A stretch of 64,000 bases of DNA from Candidatus Cloacimonadales bacterium (GTDB lineage Bacteria; Cloacimonadota; Cloacimonadia; Cloacimonadales; JAFGVF01): contig CAXXOU010000004.1 in the NCBI GenBank assembly GCA_963677495.2, positions 608,001 through 672,000 of the forward strand. Direction: 5' to 3'. Positions within the stretch are counted from its first letter, which is position 1. The number at the start of each line of letters is the position of its first letter. The translations under genes were made by a program, and so were the position numbers. A model generated the notes under the pieces. That model saw nothing but the letters and a program-made list of their open reading frames with translations. It did not search any database and was not told the DNA's origin. Below, piece by piece: positions 61,001-64,000 of this stretch.

Positions 61001-61354
61001 TGCTAGAAGAATCTCTTTGTTCTGATCATTTTCTGCTAAATCCTGGTTCAACATGAGGATTAAGTTACCCATTATCCTCACTTTATCAATAAGGTTAAGG
61101 TTTCTACGCAGGTATTTTACGATAGGTCGTAAGTCGTAATCCTTCTCAATAATCTCTCCAACGAATAGTTCCCAGGAAAAATCAACTTGAGTGAAAAGAC
61201 TTTCAAGCAGTTTGTATAGCAGTTTAATATCGTTATCAGTTATGTTACCGCTATTCTTAAAAATGAAAACGAAGAAACGTGTAATCATTTCTATTGCATT
61301 ACGTTTCTCCTGTTCCGGGAAGTGGTTTTCGGGGATGACTTTTCGTTTAAGCAT
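58082..61354 (-). CDS. Fused ABCG-type transporter: TerB-like N-terminus, FHA-like domains, ATPase and ABC-2 membrane domain
   Basis: GQSGCGKST, YVPQD, LSGGERKR, CDEPTSGL, TIHQP; six C-terminal TMs; ATG 61354 lies 2 nt after the upstream stop. Confidence 0.88.
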   Translation of the reverse strand: MLKRKVIPENHFPEQEKRNAIEMITRFFVFIFKNSGNITDNDIKLLYKLLESLFTQVDFSWELFVGEIIEKDYDLRPIVKYLRRNLNLIDKVRIMGNLILMLNQDLAENDQNKEILLAYSAQLGLEEDGIGRFIDRAIANDNSCVDIQSINPEYELKYSLFTDYVTLGSGTQSNVRFRNKEKYSAIEIAFLYIDEQIFAVCGNNSHVSMNGQPVEPGKLLMLPNNQGVTVNDQFINHETIDKLYEIKEVNDVISFKRNDADFVLTINRMNFAVELNKGTVYHNGHQLSPKKEQDLYFDDSLRIKGLESFTLLDVVRERESIGIESVDVKELYLNFNDNYFYLSQSETSRSIIYFEVDADDVVMYQPKKGWKVFLNGRPVEHITHFKLNKDIITINKRNFRINSFYDLIEVPFNMKNVSVRDIRHVFPDGATGIDSISFDVEEGELVGILGQSGCGKSTLLKALSANIIPTGGMVTINNKKLYNNVNYFSPHIGYVPQDELLFPDLTVYENLFYRGSFLVPKISKEHLDKKIENILQQVNLVHKRDSRVGTPKTKLLSGGERKRLNLGLELLSEPSLIICDEPTSGLSFSDADQIITILKSLTEQGKIVILTIHQPNSRIYKKFDKVLLMDIGGVEVFFGKPDNSFTYFNSELKKLTVNKNEITLKKDDRQADFPYDIIAYPEYSSDNRVVYEQTNKSVTIKRKFPPEYWRNKYKRKQLGAFFNKNEQAGRNDSVTDTSYRIKMDLQQHIKQTVNIFRRNLTLKLRNKTNLMITFLQAPILALIISFILRLAPTGETYSYYSNVNIGIFYFVSIIVFIFFGLSNSLEDIASERRMFQREKSLNMKVSYYTVSKVLTLGIFTAIQAILYLFISIFILNIRGVTGISLLYLIFAGASGFSIGLFISCFLNDSKSIINILPLILIPQIIFAGAIIEYDKMNRNLTISKHNPIPEIVQIMPSRWLFEGLVSGIVKKNSYNKNMERLKSESKELLNEYKTGYITDSTYKERLYDNYDEKALIAKKYPRGKFTNRSLELSVSLMDGRFMNTNKNVFLASYKKLFNLTCRTFNFNLIVIMLYIGLVNLLTLIKLKYYK

Positions 61355-61356
61355 AC

Positions 61357-62631
61357 TTACAACTCGAGTAAGAGAGACTCCTTTTGTTTTTCGCAAGCAT
61401 TACAAGTAAAATATTCACAGTTGTCAAAGTATATTTTCAGGACACCTTGTCGCATGATTTCAGTCTTTAAGTGTTTGTATTGATTGTCAGTCATAAAAAG
61501 CTTCATCTTATTGATAATATGGTTATCAGAAAGCTTTCGGAAGTCAGTAACTATTTCCCATAGTTTCTTAGTAATAATGTCGTTTCCTGTTTTTGTGTAA
61601 TAGAGTATTAGTATCGGCAAGATGGTGTTAAATAGTATGGTCCTTATCAGCATACTCCCCGGTTTGGTATATGTTTTGCCATGATAATCATATTCAGCAA
61701 ATGAGGATTTGATAATCTCTAAAAAAGCTTTATAAACAATTTTCGAGTTTTGATTATTGATATCTTCATTGCAGGTGAACTTAGTTATCAGGCCTTTGCT
61801 TAATGATGAAAAGAGCAAAGGAAATATTTGAATAACCCTTTTCAGTGGGTGGTTAGCAGGTCTAATCCTAAAGGTATTCCACTTTATTGGTGAGTCAGCT
61901 GCATTGTAGTCTTTATCGATAAACTGTATTAAACCAGAACGATTGAGTAATTCGGTTAAGGTCTCATCGAATGTATGGGTCTTGGAATAATCATTGAGCT
62001 CACGATAGGGAAGCAGTTCGCTTAATGTTATCATATTGACTTTGTTCTTAGAATAACCACAAGTTTCAAGAATTCCTTGGTACAGAACTTGATTAAAGTC
62101 AGAGAACAAGAGAAAGGAATCAAACCTTTTTATCTTAGCCTTAAACCGCTCTATTCCTAAACGCTGAAGCATAACAGTCATTTGATCAGGAACCAGTCCA
62201 TTAAAGAACAAGCAACTCTTCTCTTTCATAGCATTATCTACACTGTATCTTTCAAGAAGTTTACCAATTTCACTATCGAGGATCGGCTTTAGCTCAAGTA
62301 TCTCAAGTAGCTCTCCATTCTCTTTTATACTATATGAAAGTGCTGAATTATGTTTATATACAACATGCAGTACAACTTTATTGAAGTTACTGTCTAGGTA
62401 GTGGCTATGGTTAACCCAATCATAGGTATTGATATGAACTTCCACATCCCCACGCAAGAATTCACCATTCAATTTCAAGACTGCATTTTTAAAGTCAGGA
62501 CCTTTACCTGTATTAAAATGTCCAGTGAAGATAAGTTTAATGCGTTTACCTGAAACTGTTTTCAAGTTTCCTGTGATATGCCTTCCATCCCAGATATGGT
62601 AAAGAAGTTCCTCTTTAAAGCTTTGTTCCAT
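61357..62631 (-). CDS. DUF2851 family protein
   Basis: E.LL..IW, G.FN...GPDF.NA, GDVEVH..DW..H.H..D..F..V.LHVV, GY.KN, RPANHP. Confidence 0.88.
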   Translation of the reverse strand: MEQSFKEELLYHIWDGRHITGNLKTVSGKRIKLIFTGHFNTGKGPDFKNAVLKLNGEFLRGDVEVHINTYDWVNHSHYLDSNFNKVVLHVVYKHNSALSYSIKENGELLEILELKPILDSEIGKLLERYSVDNAMKEKSCLFFNGLVPDQMTVMLQRLGIERFKAKIKRFDSFLLFSDFNQVLYQGILETCGYSKNKVNMITLSELLPYRELNDYSKTHTFDETLTELLNRSGLIQFIDKDYNAADSPIKWNTFRIRPANHPLKRVIQIFPLLFSSLSKGLITKFTCNEDINNQNSKIVYKAFLEIIKSSFAEYDYHGKTYTKPGSMLIRTILFNTILPILILYYTKTGNDIITKKLWEIVTDFRKLSDNHIINKMKLFMTDNQYKHLKTEIMRQGVLKIYFDNCEYFTCNACEKQKESLLLEL

Positions 62632-62647
62632 TTTAGACTACATAGAA

Positions 62648-62681
62648 GAAAAGGTTCCCCCATCCGTGTAGACAGGGGAAC
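62648..62681 (-). terminator. Hairpin after the pmbA-like gene
   Basis: gttcccc...ggggaac with an A-rich run on the + strand. Confidence 0.5.
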
Positions 62682-62688
62682 TATATAT

Positions 62689-63978
62689 TTAGAATGTTGA
62701 TTTATCTACAAAGCAGAAATCGTTGATTAGCATAGTAGGGAGAATAGTATTTACATCTCTCTGCTCCTCTTTACCAAGAGCAAGTATTCTACGAGTTGCA
62801 TCGTGTGGAATCTCATTAAAGCGGAAATTGTTAACAGCATACTGAATCTTTCCATCTTTGAAGTAGAGGACACCATCACGAGTCATACCGGTGATTTCGC
62901 CTTTTTTGCCATCTATCATGCGGAGATACCAGAAGTTGTTTATTATGAGTCCTTCAGGAACCATCTTCATCATCTCCTCTTCTGTAACTCCATCTCCTGC
63001 AATTATGTAGTTTGCGGGATATGTTACATACTCAATATTCTGCTTCTGGGCCCAATAGCGTGAAACAGGCATGTTCTCGATTACACCGTCTTTAATATAA
63101 CTTGTAGATTTAAATGGAGCCATTTCTCCAATTGAAGATGGAGTCATTAGTCCTTCAACTTGGTCAGTAGAGTAGAGATTGAACTTCTCTCCAAAGAACT
63201 GTGTTCCTACTTGACCTGTATATGGAGTAAACCCTTCATCTGCCTGACGACGGTCCATCATCCATGTTAACCAGCCAAAGAAGTTAGCAACTGCCTGTGG
63301 TCTTAGGATCACTGGAAGTGTCTTTGCATCCATATCTTTCGGTTCAGTAAGGTCATTCAACTGACTAACAATCTGCTCAAGTTCAGCTTCTAAATTAAAC
63401 TGCTCCATTCTAAGAACAGATATTGCCAACTTAGTCTCAGAGTTACCACGTTTCATAGTCATTGAGTGACCAAAAGAAGCATATTCCTGATAATCTTCAA
63501 ATCCATTCTTTCCTGATGTATAGTAGCGTTCTATCTCTTTCTCAGTCATTCCTGAGATCTGTGCATCCTCTTTCTCAGCTCTTTTGATACAAACAGCTAC
63601 AATATCAACCATCTCTTCATTAGTAAGATTAATAACAGAATCATAACAATTCTTTCTCGCAATAAGCTTTGTCTTAGGTTGAGTAGGTATATATTCCTGA
63701 TCCGGTTGAGTTAGCAAAGCCATATCCTTAGCACGTTTTAAGAGATCAGGTAACCTTTCAAGACTGAAATCATTAGTTTGAACTGAACCTTTCTTGTTAT
63801 CATAAACAACAGAGATATAGCCTGTTAAGTGTACTTTACCCATATGTTGAGTAATTCTGTTTTGAGCAAACCTTGTTTCCAAAGTCTCAGATTCACCAAT
63901 ATGGAACGTGAAGTCATCAGCATCACAAAGCTTTCTGATTTCAGCATCTACTTGTTTTGCATATTCTTTCAATATCAT
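62689..63978 (-). CDS. TldD/PmbA family protein (PmbA/TldE-like)
   Basis: RFAQN.I.Q, VIL.P.AV, WYLR, TGMTRDG, NFRFNE. Confidence 0.88.
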   Translation of the reverse strand: MILKEYAKQVDAEIRKLCDADDFTFHIGESETLETRFAQNRITQHMGKVHLTGYISVVYDNKKGSVQTNDFSLERLPDLLKRAKDMALLTQPDQEYIPTQPKTKLIARKNCYDSVINLTNEEMVDIVAVCIKRAEKEDAQISGMTEKEIERYYTSGKNGFEDYQEYASFGHSMTMKRGNSETKLAISVLRMEQFNLEAELEQIVSQLNDLTEPKDMDAKTLPVILRPQAVANFFGWLTWMMDRRQADEGFTPYTGQVGTQFFGEKFNLYSTDQVEGLMTPSSIGEMAPFKSTSYIKDGVIENMPVSRYWAQKQNIEYVTYPANYIIAGDGVTEEEMMKMVPEGLIINNFWYLRMIDGKKGEITGMTRDGVLYFKDGKIQYAVNNFRFNEIPHDATRRILALGKEEQRDVNTILPTMLINDFCFVDKSTF

Positions 63979-64000
63979 TTTGAACCTCCTACACGGATGT
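63975..64000 (-). CDS. 3' end of an upstream gene, probably tldD (partial)
   Basis: Minus strand ...IRVGGSK* overlaps the next start (ATGA); TldD proteins commonly end in VGG and pair with PmbA. Confidence 0.5.

Overview
AT-rich bacterial chromosomal segment. Five secreted proteins carry 'PNPFNP...IYNIKG' T9SS/FlgD-like C-terminal domains, including C25 and C10 peptidases; this gene style suggests Candidatus Cloacimonadota (inference). Housekeeping genes include the trmL 3' end, satP, purF, hldA/hldC, a PEP carboxykinase, a membrane pyrophosphatase, a DAHP synthase, adk, ktrBA, rluD, gdhA, bcp, tpx and tldD/pmbA. Other contents: an intact 2360-bp IS21 element with a 7-bp target duplication, two genes split by single-base homopolymer deletions, and a DUF2851 / TerB-FHA-ABCG / lipoprotein operon. 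A complete sigma-54 circuit is also present: a TPR-like activator, a palindromic enhancer, a -24/-12 promoter, a 69-aa ORF and a secreted target. The most unusual signal is non-coding. About nine long intergenic islands are mosaics of shuffled hairpin modules. They include at least seven arrays of unrelated sequence that share an 11-bp period and, in most cases, a fold-back layout; one of these arrays occurs three times behind a 28-bp direct repeat. No rRNA, tRNA or CRISPR array was recognised.
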